From positions 2,336,001 through 2,400,000 of the forward strand of contig OZ244799.1 of assembly GCA_965219955.1 (NCBI GenBank): a DNA stretch of 64,000 nucleotides. The letters are read 5' to 3'. The stretch's first letter is position 1. The number at the start of each line of letters is the position of its first letter. Positions 28,600-38,407 of the stretch are shown here, in pieces. Position numbers and translations under genes: made by a program. A model generated the notes under the pieces. It did no database searches. It was not told the origin of the DNA and saw nothing but the letters and a program-made list of their open reading frames with translations. This stretch comes from a bacterium. GTDB lineage: Bacteria > UBA8248.

Positions 28600-30000
28600 A
28601 CGCCTTCGGCCCCGGGGATTCATGCCCGGAGCCTGAGGCTGAAAAAGGAGAGCGAAAAGGGGGTTGCCCGTTGGTTGCTTCCCTCGTGATAGAGCAAATT
28701 GTACCGCTCCTGGTTATGAGTTTGAGTCCTCGAGCCGGGAACGGGAGCAATGGGCAACCCCTGCTCTTCTTATACGCCATTTCCGGCGTGGATGGCAAAC
28801 GAGAAAAAGGGACTGCCCCCTCTCTCAGGGCCGAACGAATCGAGAGGGCGGGCGGTCCCTTTTTTTGTCTCGAACCCGACCGGGGAGGGAGGGTTCGCCG
28901 ACCGATGAGGGAGGGTTTGCCGTAGGGGCGGTTCGCGAACCGCCCTTGCCGGAGAAACGGGCGCTTCACGAAGCGCCCCTACGCTTCCTTTGTCCAGGAA
29001 ACCAACCCCCCCTACCCCCCCTTGTCAGGCTTGTTGAAAAAGCCCTGTCCGACCTTCGAGATTGTTCGCTGTAGGGACAGGCCTCCGTGCCTGTCCTGAC
29101 GAAGGACAACCATGAAGAGCAGGACAGGCACGGAGGCCAGGACAACCCTTTTGGGTTGTCCTGCTACAAAACCATCACGTCTGCGCCGCGTGAACCTCCT
29201 TGCCGCCGATCCCGAAACAGGCTTTTTCAACAACTCCTCGTCAGGGGGGTATGAAAAACAAAAACCCCGGCGAGGGGCCTTTTCTGTACAACCCCGATGA
29301 GAGTGGAATCACTCCCCCTCGAGGTTTCCCGCCAACCAGCGAGAAAAGGGGAATCACTCCCCCCTTGAGGGGCCTGTTGAAAAAGCCTGGTCTGCCCCTC
29401 CTCAAACCGCCAACACCTCTTTCCTCACCCTGAGTAGCCGCCGAAGGCGGCGTATCGAAGGGCGCGGAGAGTCGAACGCCTCGCGCCGGGTGAGGGGGCA
29501 TCCTTCGATACGCGGCTCCGCCGCTACTCAGGATGAGGCGGAAGGGGGTTTTTCAACAGCCCCTTGAGGGTCTGGCTTCCCGAGGGGAAAGCCAGACGGC
29601 AAGACGAGGGCGAAGCCCGAAGTCGCGCCGGTGGGGGGACATGCCACAGAGTAAACCTCCCCCCACCGAATCAGCCTTCGCAAAAAACGCTCGGCCTCTT
29701 CGTCGGGCTTTCCCCTCGGGAAGCCCGACCCTCAAGGGGAGTGATTGTATATCTCGCGCGTGATGGGCCGACCCTCAAGGGGGGAGTGATTTTCAAACCC
29801 TTATCGGTTGGCAAAACCCTCAAGGGGGGAGTTGAAAAAGTCCTCACATCTCCCTCATCCTGAGTAGCGGCGGAGCCGCGTATCGAAGGTCAAACGCGAT
29901 TGATGAATGAGCGTTTGCTCTCGCCACGGCGCGAGTTCCTCGCCCTTCGATACGGCGCTTTCGCGCCTACTCAGGATGAGGTTTTGTGGCCACCGGCGCG
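28600..30000. repeat. Dense cluster of nested palindromic repeats (families A, C, D and MITE ends)
   Basis: Multiple recognisable units and no credible CDS. Confidence 0.8.
29373..29560. mobile_element. MITE-like element inserted into a family A hairpin
   Basis: CTGTTGAAAAA...TTTTTCAACAG ends flanked by duplicated CCCTTGAGGG (29362-29371 and 29561-29570); near-identical copy starts at about 31221. Confidence 0.75.
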
Positions 30001-30162
30001 GCAGGAAGGAGGACCACCGCGTAACTCCCAATTCCGCCCGCCGTCAAAACCTCATTCACCAATCGGTCTCCCTCCCCCACCACCCGGAAATCGCCTTGAC
30101 GAAGCGCGCGGCGCGCAGTAGAGTTCCGTGTTGGAGGACCCACTTTCGTGGGAGAACGCCAA

Positions 30163-30564
30163 ATGACGGAATACGAAGCCGCAAGCCTCGCCATACAAGA
30201 ATCTTCCCTCAAATTGCAGGAAGCAGCCCTCGCGGCGCAGCAGGCCTCCGTGTGGGTCGCCGGCATCGTCGGGGCCGCGCAGTGCTCCCTGATCGCCTAC
30301 GGCCTCTATTTCATGCGCCAGGCCGCGCGTCACCGCGACGCCCAGCACCGCGAAACCATGAAGGCGCTCGAGGGCCGCCACCGCGAACACATGGAGGCGC
30401 TCGCCGCCGAGCGCGAGGCGCAAAAAGACCAGCACCGCGCAACCATGGAAGCGTTCGCCGCACAGCGCGAGGATCAAAAAGCGCAGCACCACGAGAACAT
30501 GGAGGCGCTCAAGGAACTCATCCGGCGCACCGCCGCGCCGCCCGGCACGCCTCACCCCGAGTAG
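30163..30564 (+). CDS. Small single-pass membrane protein with His/Met-containing helical repeats
   Basis: GGAG RBS; one hydrophobic segment; HRETMKAL / HREHMEAL / HRATMEAF / HHENMEAL repeats (54-bp DNA unit). Confidence 0.7.
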   Translation: MTEYEAASLAIQESSLKLQEAALAAQQASVWVAGIVGAAQCSLIAYGLYFMRQAARHRDAQHRETMKALEGRHREHMEALAAEREAQKDQHRATMEAFAAQREDQKAQHHENMEALKELIRRTAAPPGTPHPE

Positions 30565-30599
30565 CCGTCCCCTCGACTCGGAAACCACCCCCCCCCTCT

Positions 30600-31870
30600 T
30601 AACAGGGGTTGTTGAAAAACCTCTCTCCACCTCATCCTGAGTAGGCGCGTAGGTCAAACGCAACCGATGAGGGAGCGTTTGTATCGAAGGATGGGGGGTG
30701 TATCTCTCCGGCAGGCGCGAACCTGCGCCCTTCGATACGCGGCTTCGCCGCTACTCAGGGTGAGGCGGTGGGGTTTTGGTTCGTCATTCCGGCCTTGAGC
30801 CGGAATCCATTTTCGCCTTTGCCTTCGGCCTTTCGCCCGGACGTACTCTCTCCCGACCGGGGAAGATACGGACGCCGCCATATATATCCGCCTCAGCCGT
30901 TCCGGATTCGGGCGCGGCGCTCCCTCCCGCGAGTCAGGATCAAACGAAAAAACAAAAGCAAAAATCATAAAATGGATTCCGGCTCAAGGCCGGAATGACG
31001 GTGGTTTTCCCGCATCGAGGGACTTTTTCAACAACCCCTTGAGGGGGAGTGAATTGCTTTTTCGTCGGACGGCAAAACCCTCAAGGGGGGAGTGAAACGC
31101 CCTTCTCCCCGCTAGCCCCCTGCATGAAAACCAACCCCCCGCAAAAATGGATCAACTCCCCCCTTGAGGGGGCTGTTGAAAAACCCCCGAGGAGAGAGGA
31201 ATCACTCCCCCCATGTCGGGCCTGTTGAAAAAGCCTGGTCTGCCCCTCCGCAAACCGCCAACACCTCTTTCCTCACCCTGAGTAGCCGCCGAAGAGCCTG
31301 TCCTGAGCTTGTCGAAGGGCGGCGTATCGAAGGGCGCGGAGAGTCGAACGCCTCGCGCCGGGTGAGGGGGCATCCTTCGATACGGCGCTTTCGCGCCTAC
31401 TCAGGATGAGGAGTGTCGGGGAACGGCGGAGCCTGTCCCGAGCGAAGTCGAGGGGCCGCTACTCAGGATGAGGCGAGAAGGGGTTTTTCAACAGCCCCTT
31501 GTCAGGGGGGTATAAAAAACCAGACCCCGGCGAGGGAGCGGGTTTCCGCAGGGCCGGTTCGCGAACCACCCCTACACAATAATTACGAAACGAAACGTAG
31601 GGACAACCCTCCGTGGTTGTCCTTTGTCAGGGCTTCGGACAGGCACAGAGGCCTGTCCCTACGGCATCCTTCCGGAGAGATCACAACACCCGTCATTCCG
31701 GCCTTGAGCCGGAATCCAGAGCCGATGAGGATCAAGACGACCCGGCATTTCATATTCCCACCTCTCGGGTAGAAAAAGGCGAAGAGCAAAGTCGAAAAAG
31801 CAAAGTCCCTGGATTCCGGCTCAAGGCCGGAATGACGGTCAAAGGCAAAAGGCAAAGCCCCTGGATTCCG
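30600..31870. repeat. Dense cluster of nested palindromic repeats (families A-D and MITE ends)
   Basis: Includes near-duplicates of 29370-29520 and 19980-20095. Confidence 0.8.
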
Positions 31871-32142
31871 CCAAACCTTCATTCCCCAATCGCGTTCGAC
31901 CCCACGCACCCGCCCTGCTCGTCCCTCGCCGCACCGGCCGGCTCCGAAAAACCACCCCCGCATTTGCCCGCAGTTGGCGTCATGGCGGGGGCGGGGGCGC
32001 GTGGCAGGATCCTACTGCGATAACGTGGGCCGCCCTTTTTCCGGAAAAGGCGTGAATTCCCGTGAATTTCCGTAAAATTGGATAAATTCAGGTAAATAAC
32101 GATAAATTCATGAGCGGTCAAGTAGCTGATATACAAGGGGTT

Positions 32143-33780
32143 CTAGCGGTTTCGCCACGAAATCGAGCCGACGGGAAGGGGGGCGGCCGAAAAGCCGTCA
32201 TCGGTTTTTTTCACGAAAACGTTCACCCGCCAGCGCGCGTCATCCGCGTCGGGATAATCCGTCCGGTAGTGCGCGCCGCGGCTCTCCGTTCGCATGAGGG
32301 CGCTCTCCACCACCGCCCGGGCGCTCAGGCACATGTTCTCGGCCTCGACGGCCTCCACGAGACGCGCGGGTTCGCTCCCCCCGCAGTTGGTGAGGCCGCG
32401 CTCGGCATCCGCGAGTTCCGCCCGCGCCTCCTCCAGCAGGCCGCCCTCGCGCACGATGCCGGCGTTCTCCCAGCAGACGCGCTTGATCTCGCGGGCGATC
32501 TCCACCCCGCGGCCCGTCCTCCCCGCCCGCGCCGCCAGGGCGTCGGCGCCGCGCCGCGCGAGCGTCTGGTCCGCCGCGCCCTCCGCGCCGCGCGCATAAT
32601 GGGCGGCCGCCTTCGCCGCGCGCCAGCCGAGCGCGTGGGCCTCGGTGAAGGCGTTGTTCGAGAGGCGGTTCGCCCCGTGCGCGCCGGCGCTCGCCTCCCC
32701 CGCCGCGTAGAGGCCCGGCATGGCCGTGGCGCCCGCCCCGTCTATCGGCACCCCGCCCATGAAGAAGTGCGCCTTGGGCGTGACGAAAATCTCGCTGCTG
32801 TGGGGCGAGACGCCCCTCCTCGCGAAGAGCTTCAAGTTGTCGGGGGCGAAATGCTCGAGGTCCTCCATCGGGATGCCCGACAAGTCCATCTGCACGGCGC
32901 CGTCCACCCCGCCGCCCCCCATGAGTTCGAGATAGACCGCCCGCGCCATCAGGTCGCGCGTGGCCCCGCCGCCGCCGGGCACGTCGCGCAGGACGTCGGC
33001 GCCGTCGCGGTTCAAAAAGCGCGCGCCGAGCGGGAACAGCGTGGGCGCCACGACCATGTTGCTCTCGGGCCGCTTGATGACGGCCGGGTAGAACTGGACG
33101 AACTCCATGTCCGAGAGCGCCAGGCCGGCCCGGAGCGCCATGCCGAAGGCGTCTCCCGTGATGCCGCCCGCGTTCGTGTTCTCCGAAAAAATCTGCCCCG
33201 CCCCGCCCGTGGCTAGGATGGTGGAGGGGGCGTGGACCGCGTAAATCTGGCCGCTCCTTGTGTGAAAGCCGACAACCCCCCGGCAGACGCCCCTGTCCAC
33301 GAGCAGGTCGACCGCCATGACGTGTTCGAGGATGCGCGCCCCGTCCGCGTCGAGCTTTTTGCGCAGCGGCCGCGCCACCTCCACGCCCCAGTTCCTGACC
33401 GGGTAGAGGCCGCGGTCGCGCCTGTGGCCGCCCTGGGGGTGTAAGTCGAACGAGCCGTCCCCGCGCGTGAGGAAGGGGACGCCCCAGTCGTAGAGGTCGC
33501 GAATCCGCGCGGCGGAATCGGCGCACATGGCGTCGGCGACGCCGGGGTGGTTCAAGTAATCGCCGCCTGCGAGGGTGTCTTCGAGGAACAGGGCCGCGCT
33601 GTCGTCGGGCGCGAAATTCGCCGAATGCCCCGCCCGCGCCATGACGATGTTGCCCGAATTTCCCGGGGACTGCTTGCAGACCAGGAGCGCGTCGGCGCCG
33701 CTCTCCATGGCGGCGATAGTGGCCGTCATCGCGGCGGGGCCGCCGCCCAGGATCGCTACGTCGCAGGAGAGGGTTTCCAT
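32143..33780 (-). CDS. FAD-binding protein, L-aspartate oxidase / fumarate reductase flavoprotein family
   Basis: ILGGGPA, LATGGAG, DMEFVQFYP, HFFMGG, AHGANRL and RTESRGAHYRTD motifs; start taken at METLS. Confidence 0.88.
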   Translation of the reverse strand: METLSCDVAILGGGPAAMTATIAAMESGADALLVCKQSPGNSGNIVMARAGHSANFAPDDSAALFLEDTLAGGDYLNHPGVADAMCADSAARIRDLYDWGVPFLTRGDGSFDLHPQGGHRRDRGLYPVRNWGVEVARPLRKKLDADGARILEHVMAVDLLVDRGVCRGVVGFHTRSGQIYAVHAPSTILATGGAGQIFSENTNAGGITGDAFGMALRAGLALSDMEFVQFYPAVIKRPESNMVVAPTLFPLGARFLNRDGADVLRDVPGGGGATRDLMARAVYLELMGGGGVDGAVQMDLSGIPMEDLEHFAPDNLKLFARRGVSPHSSEIFVTPKAHFFMGGVPIDGAGATAMPGLYAAGEASAGAHGANRLSNNAFTEAHALGWRAAKAAAHYARGAEGAADQTLARRGADALAARAGRTGRGVEIAREIKRVCWENAGIVREGGLLEEARAELADAERGLTNCGGSEPARLVEAVEAENMCLSARAVVESALMRTESRGAHYRTDYPDADDARWRVNVFVKKTDDGFSAAPLPVGSISWRNR

Positions 33781-33829
33781 GGGTCCGCCCGGGATTTCAG
33801 GGGGAATTACCGATAATTCCCGCGGCAAT

Positions 33830-36100
33830 TCATATCCTTGCTTCTTCGATAGCCTCAAGCACGCGCTCGGGGCTGACGGGCAGGGTGCGTATCCGCGCGC
33901 CGCCCGTCGCGTGGTAGACGGCGTTGCAGATCGCCGCCGTAATGGGGTTGATCGCCACCTCGGCCAGCCCCTTGGCGCCGTAGGGGCCGTAGGGGTCCAT
34001 GGACTCGAAGAAATCGTGCTCTATCGGCGGGGCGTCCATCGAGGTGGCGATGAGGTAGTCGTGGAAGTTCCTGCCGCGCAGATGCCCTTCCAGCGGCGCG
34101 AGGCCCTCCATCATCGCGAAGCTCATGCCCTGCACCACGCCCCCCTCGACCTGGCCCTCAGCCCCCAGCCTGTTGATCACCCGGCCCGGGTCGTGCCCGC
34201 AGCAAACCTGCAGGACGGTGACGACGCCCGTCTCCATGTCCACTTCCACCTCGGCGCCGTGCGTGCTGAAGGAATACGTGGTCGAGGGATTCCCGTATTT
34301 CTCCTTATCCAGCACGTCTCCCCCGGCCAGCCACTTGCCCTCGCCCTCGATGACGCTGCCCGCCCGCCCCACGACCTCGCCCACCGCCATCTTCCGCTCG
34401 GGGAGGGCCTTCGCGCGGACTTCCCCCTCGACGATTTCGAGCTCATCCGCCGGGATTTCCATGAACTCCGCCGCCGCATCCAGGAGGTTCCTGCGCGCGT
34501 CCTCGGCGGCGAGTTTCACGGCGTTTCCGCCGATCAGCGTGATGCGGCTCGCGAACGCCCCCATGCCGAAGGGCATGTAGCCCGTATCCGTGGGCGGCAC
34601 CTTGAACCGCTCGACCGGAATGCCCATGACTTCCGAGGCGATGTAGGCCATCACGCTCGTGGCCCCCTGGCCCAGGTCCGACTCGCCCGACCATATCTCG
34701 ACCTTGCCCTCCTCATCCACGCGAACCACGCCGCTCGAGGGGTCGGTGTCATCCGGGCCCAGTTCGACGGAAAACCCCTTGTTGCCCGAAACATGGATGC
34801 AGCTGGCGAGGCCTATTCCGCGGCCCTTCCCGCCTCTGGCGCGCTTGGCCTTCCAGTCCATCTCCCGGACAACGTACCTGGTGGCGTCGGCCACGGCGCA
34901 ACTCGCGATTTTCCAGCCGTGGAGCGAGACGTCGCCTTTTTCGGTGTAGTTTTTCAGGCGAAGGTCTGCCGGGTCCAGGCCCAGGCCGTCGGCCACGTTG
35001 TCGAGGTGGCTCTCCCAGGCGTAGGTCGCCTGCACGTTGCCGAACCCGCGCATCTGGCCCGAGGGGATGACGTTCGTGTAGACGAGTTTCCCCTGAATCT
35101 CGGCGGCGGGCGTTTTGTAGAGATTGTCCGTCCGGAGCGCGATGGAACTCATGATGGCGGGCGAGAGCGAGCTGTAGGCGCCATTTTCCGCCACGATCCG
35201 GACGCGCTTGCCCGCGAGCGCCCCGTCATTCTTCCAGGCGGACTCCAGCGAGATGTGCACCGGCATCCTCGGGCGCATGGCGATGAGGTCTTCTTCCAGG
35301 CTCATCATGAATTTGACGGGCTTCTCCGCCGCCCGGCTCAGCATCGCCGCCATGAGGGCCGCCTTCACGTCCAGCTTGCCGCCGAAGGCGCCGCCCGGCT
35401 TGGTCTGCGTGACGCGGAAATCATCGGCGGACATGCCCATCGCCGGCGCCAGCATGAAGGTGCGGATCAGGAACACCGACTGCAGGCAGCCCCAGACGGA
35501 GATTTTTCCGCCGGGATGCCACTGCGCCGCGCAGCCGGTGGGCTCGATATAGGCCTGGTGGGCGAGATGGGTGTGGAAATCATCGGCGAACGTAGCATCC
35601 GCCTCATCGAACGCCTCGTCTATCGCGCCGCGCCTGATGTGAAACTCGTTCGCGACGTTGCCGGCGACGGAATCATGAACGAGGGGCGCGTCGGGCTCCA
35701 GCGCGGCGAACGGGTCCGCCACCGTGGGCAGAACCTCGTATTCCACGCGGATGAGCGAGAGCGCCTCGCGGGCCGTCTCCTCGTCCACGGCGGCCACGGC
35801 TGCGACTTCGTCCCCCACGTAGCGGACCTTCTCGCGGCAGAACGCGGCCTCATCCTTGTGGTTGATGCCGAACGGGGCGTCCGGCGTGTTGTTCCTCGAC
35901 AAAACGACGGCGACGCCCGGCAGGCGCTCCGCGGCCGATGTGTCGACGTGCAATATCCTCGCATGGGGATGCGGGCTGCGCAGCGCCACCCCCGTGAGCG
36001 CGTCCGGAAGCTCCAGATCGTCGATGAAAATCGTGGCGCCCGAGACTTTCTCGGCCGCGTCGATGATGGGGTGGGGCCGGCCGACGACGCGCTCGCTCAT
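33830..36100 (-). CDS. Xanthine dehydrogenase family molybdopterin-binding subunit
   Basis: RSPHPHA, GGAFGGK, MRGFG, DLGQG, QVEGG and GAKGLAE motifs. Confidence 0.92.
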   Translation of the reverse strand: MSERVVGRPHPIIDAAEKVSGATIFIDDLELPDALTGVALRSPHPHARILHVDTSAAERLPGVAVVLSRNNTPDAPFGINHKDEAAFCREKVRYVGDEVAAVAAVDEETAREALSLIRVEYEVLPTVADPFAALEPDAPLVHDSVAGNVANEFHIRRGAIDEAFDEADATFADDFHTHLAHQAYIEPTGCAAQWHPGGKISVWGCLQSVFLIRTFMLAPAMGMSADDFRVTQTKPGGAFGGKLDVKAALMAAMLSRAAEKPVKFMMSLEEDLIAMRPRMPVHISLESAWKNDGALAGKRVRIVAENGAYSSLSPAIMSSIALRTDNLYKTPAAEIQGKLVYTNVIPSGQMRGFGNVQATYAWESHLDNVADGLGLDPADLRLKNYTEKGDVSLHGWKIASCAVADATRYVVREMDWKAKRARGGKGRGIGLASCIHVSGNKGFSVELGPDDTDPSSGVVRVDEEGKVEIWSGESDLGQGATSVMAYIASEVMGIPVERFKVPPTDTGYMPFGMGAFASRITLIGGNAVKLAAEDARRNLLDAAAEFMEIPADELEIVEGEVRAKALPERKMAVGEVVGRAGSVIEGEGKWLAGGDVLDKEKYGNPSTTYSFSTHGAEVEVDMETGVVTVLQVCCGHDPGRVINRLGAEGQVEGGVVQGMSFAMMEGLAPLEGHLRGRNFHDYLIATSMDAPPIEHDFFESMDPYGPYGAKGLAEVAINPITAAICNAVYHATGGARIRTLPVSPERVLEAIEEARI

Positions 36101-36579
36101 GAGCCGCCTCCCTCTCTCATCTGGCGGGCGGCGGCCGATACCGCCTCGAAAATCTTCTTGTAGCCCGTGCAGCGGCAAAGATTCCCGGCGAGGCCGCGCT
36201 GGATGTCCTCGCGCGAGGGCGCAGCGTTCTCATCCAGGAGCGCCTTCGCCGACACGACGACTCCCGGCGTGCAGAACCCGCACTGCACGCCCCCTTTTTC
36301 GATGAGCTGCTCCTGGACCGGGTGGAGGTCGTCTTCCGTTCCGACCCCGCGAACGGTGGTGATTTCGGAGCCGTCCGCCTGCGCGGCGAACACGAGGCAG
36401 GCGTTCACCGCCACGCCGTCGAGCAAAACGGCGCACGCGCCGCAATCGCCCCCCTCGCAGCTGAGTTTCACCTCGACGTAGCCGACCCGCCTGAGCGCGC
36501 GCAGGAGCGTCTCGTCCCCCCGCACGGCGAGGGATTCGTCATTTCCGTTCACGCTAAATTTTATTTCGTATGTACTCAT
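36097..36579 (-). CDS. Xanthine dehydrogenase family (2Fe-2S) subunit
   Basis: CEGGDCGAC, QCGFCTPG and GNLCRCTGY motifs. Confidence 0.95.
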   Translation of the reverse strand: MSTYEIKFSVNGNDESLAVRGDETLLRALRRVGYVEVKLSCEGGDCGACAVLLDGVAVNACLVFAAQADGSEITTVRGVGTEDDLHPVQEQLIEKGGVQCGFCTPGVVVSAKALLDENAAPSREDIQRGLAGNLCRCTGYKKIFEAVSAAARQMREGGGS

Positions 36580-36609
36580 TTTTTCTCAATTAAAAATGCC
36601 GAATTTTCA

Positions 36610-37464
36610 TTACACAGCCGCGATTTGCGGCATTCCCAGCGCTTTTTTCAGCAGGCGCCGGACCAGCACGCCGCACATTTTCCTGCGGTACGCCGCACTC
36701 GCCCGCACGTCGTCAATGGGCCGGGCGCCATCCGCTGCGGCGGCTGCCGCCGCCTCGATTTCCGCCTCACCGATCTCCTTACCCCGCAGATGCGCCTCCG
36801 CCGCGTGCGCGCGATACGGCACCGCGGCCACCGCGCCCATGCCGATGGCGGCCTCCGCGCAAACGCTTTCTTCCATCCGGAGAACAACCGCCACGCCCAC
36901 GACGGCGATGGCCATCGCGCGCCTGAGCTGGAGCTTGTAGTACGCGCAGCGATCCTCTGTCCCCAGCGGATCGATGACGACGGTCGTCATGAGTTCTTCC
37001 GGCCGCGCGGCCGTTTTCCGGTAGTCGAGAAAAAATTCCGAGAGCGGAAGAGTTCGTTCCCCCTCCGCCGAGGCCAGTTCGACGACGGCGTCCTGCGCCA
37101 GCAGGGGCGGGGCCAGATCGGCGGCGGGCGAGGCGTCCATGAGGTTGCCCGCCACGCTCGCGCGGTTTCTCACCAGGGGGCCCGCGAATTCCAGGGCGCT
37201 CTCATGCAGGGGCGAGGCGGCATGGCGTATCAACCCGGAATCCAGCAAATCCGTGACCGTCGCAAGTGCGCCGATTCGGATTTTTCCGTCCACTTGCTTG
37301 ATGAAGCGAAGCTCGTCCAGGCGGCTGATGTCCACCGCGCGCGCTATTTTCTTGCGCCCGAAGAGCACGTCCGGCACGAGGTTCGTGCCGCCCGCCACAA
37401 AAGCGGCGCCATCCCCCGCAGCCGCCAGTGCCTCATCCACCGATGTCGCGCGTAAAAATTCCAT
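36610..37464 (-). CDS. Xanthine dehydrogenase family FAD-binding subunit
   Basis: AGGTNL, RNRASVAGN, ASPAAD and DDVRASAAYR motifs. Confidence 0.93.
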   Translation of the reverse strand: MEFLRATSVDEALAAAGDGAAFVAGGTNLVPDVLFGRKKIARAVDISRLDELRFIKQVDGKIRIGALATVTDLLDSGLIRHAASPLHESALEFAGPLVRNRASVAGNLMDASPAADLAPPLLAQDAVVELASAEGERTLPLSEFFLDYRKTAARPEELMTTVVIDPLGTEDRCAYYKLQLRRAMAIAVVGVAVVLRMEESVCAEAAIGMGAVAAVPYRAHAAEAHLRGKEIGEAEIEAAAAAAADGARPIDDVRASAAYRRKMCGVLVRRLLKKALGMPQIAAV

Positions 37465-37538
37465 GTCCTGCCCTACTCTGAAAATTCCGCTTCGTCAGAA
37501 CCCGCGCCCACCCGGCGCTCTCCACAAGATTTCATGAA

Positions 37539-38336
37539 TCATGGCCTGATGTCGGATTCGATCTGCATCCCCGTCGCCAGGGCGTTGAAACTGTTGTAGT
37601 GGTCCACCACGCCGAGAATCTCGAGGATTCGCCCCGGCTCCCAGCCCAGATTCACCAGATACGAATGAAAATACCGTATGAAATACCCCGACCCGTTCGT
37701 GGCGCTGACGCCGAAACCCACGGCCGCCTTGGCCCCTTTTTCGAGGACACCTCCATCGAGCATGAGCTTGTGCTTGTTCCACGTCGATTCGAAATAATGC
37801 CGGTTCCGCGCCAGGCAGCGCCAATAGCGCGGAACGCCGTCTCTACCCAGGCGCGCCGATTCCACCTCCGCCACTTCGCCCATCAGTTCCCGGACGACCG
37901 GGTCGACTTCCTCTTCTTCCGCATCGGGCAGAAGAGGCGGCTTATCCTCATCCTCCAGCAAAAGCCCGAAAGCGACCTTGTTCATCCCCGAGACGTGATC
38001 CGTCAGCCCGATCAATTCCGTGATGCCCACCTCATCGACCCCCATCCGCATGACCGCGGCGATATGGGAGTCGATTCAGTAGTCGCACGCGTTGACGATG
38101 GAAACCGCCGAGGCGACCATCTCCTTGACCAGAGGCGGCACGTCTCCGCGCTGCATCGTGGCACGCGAGCGCTCCCAACTCGCCTTCATGTATTCGGGAT
38201 GACGGGTCATGGAGCGCCAGATGTTCGAGAGCGAGTCGACCCCGAATACACGCTTCTCGCGCGTCTTGACGCGTTCGACGAGTTCGCGCGCCGCCTCAGG
38301 CACCTCGTCATCGGCCAACTGGCGAATCGTCGCCAT
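37539..38336 (-). CDS. Two-domain AhpD/CMD-family protein, probable selenoprotein (UGA at 38078-38076 read as Sec87)
   Basis: ORFs 38076-38336 and 37539-38051 are in frame: ...VNACDY-UGA-IDSHIAAVMRMG..., a CxxU motif; SECIS-like hairpin follows the UGA. Confidence 0.85.
38034..38075 (-). promoter_or_regulatory. Bacterial SECIS-like hairpin
   Basis: AUCGACUCCCAU / AUGGGGGUCGAU 12-bp stem, AUCG bulge, CCGC/GCGG stem and GGUCAU loop starting 20 nt after the UGA. Confidence 0.75.
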
Positions 38337-38407
38337 GAAACCCTCATACCACCAGGCTCAGGAACACCGCCTCACCCTCGGCGGCGTCCCCGAACCCGGC
38401 CGGAAGA

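Noticed and set aside
18986-30564. Integron-like cassette array of co-oriented single genes separated by palindromes
   Set aside because: No integron integrase and no recognisable RYYYAAC...GTTRRRY attC sites; the palindromes also occur inside ordinary operons.
28600-32100. Short ORFs in repeat regions (WIPAFAG, PPLRG, FDTA..RLLRMR-type peptides; also 8788-9294 and 18400-19092)
   Set aside because: These are translations of palindromic repeat units, not credible genes.
33575-36163. Long antisense ORFs (862 aa here; also 16835-18376, 26823-28304, 46763-48361, 52869-54287, 55574-57820)
   Set aside because: They are shadows of well-supported genes on the opposite strand in high-GC DNA and have no recognisable motifs.
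37539-38336. Two separate genes or a nonsense pseudogene
   Set aside because: The UGA falls exactly on the second Cys position of CxxC and is followed by a SECIS-like hairpin, so recoding is the simpler explanation.
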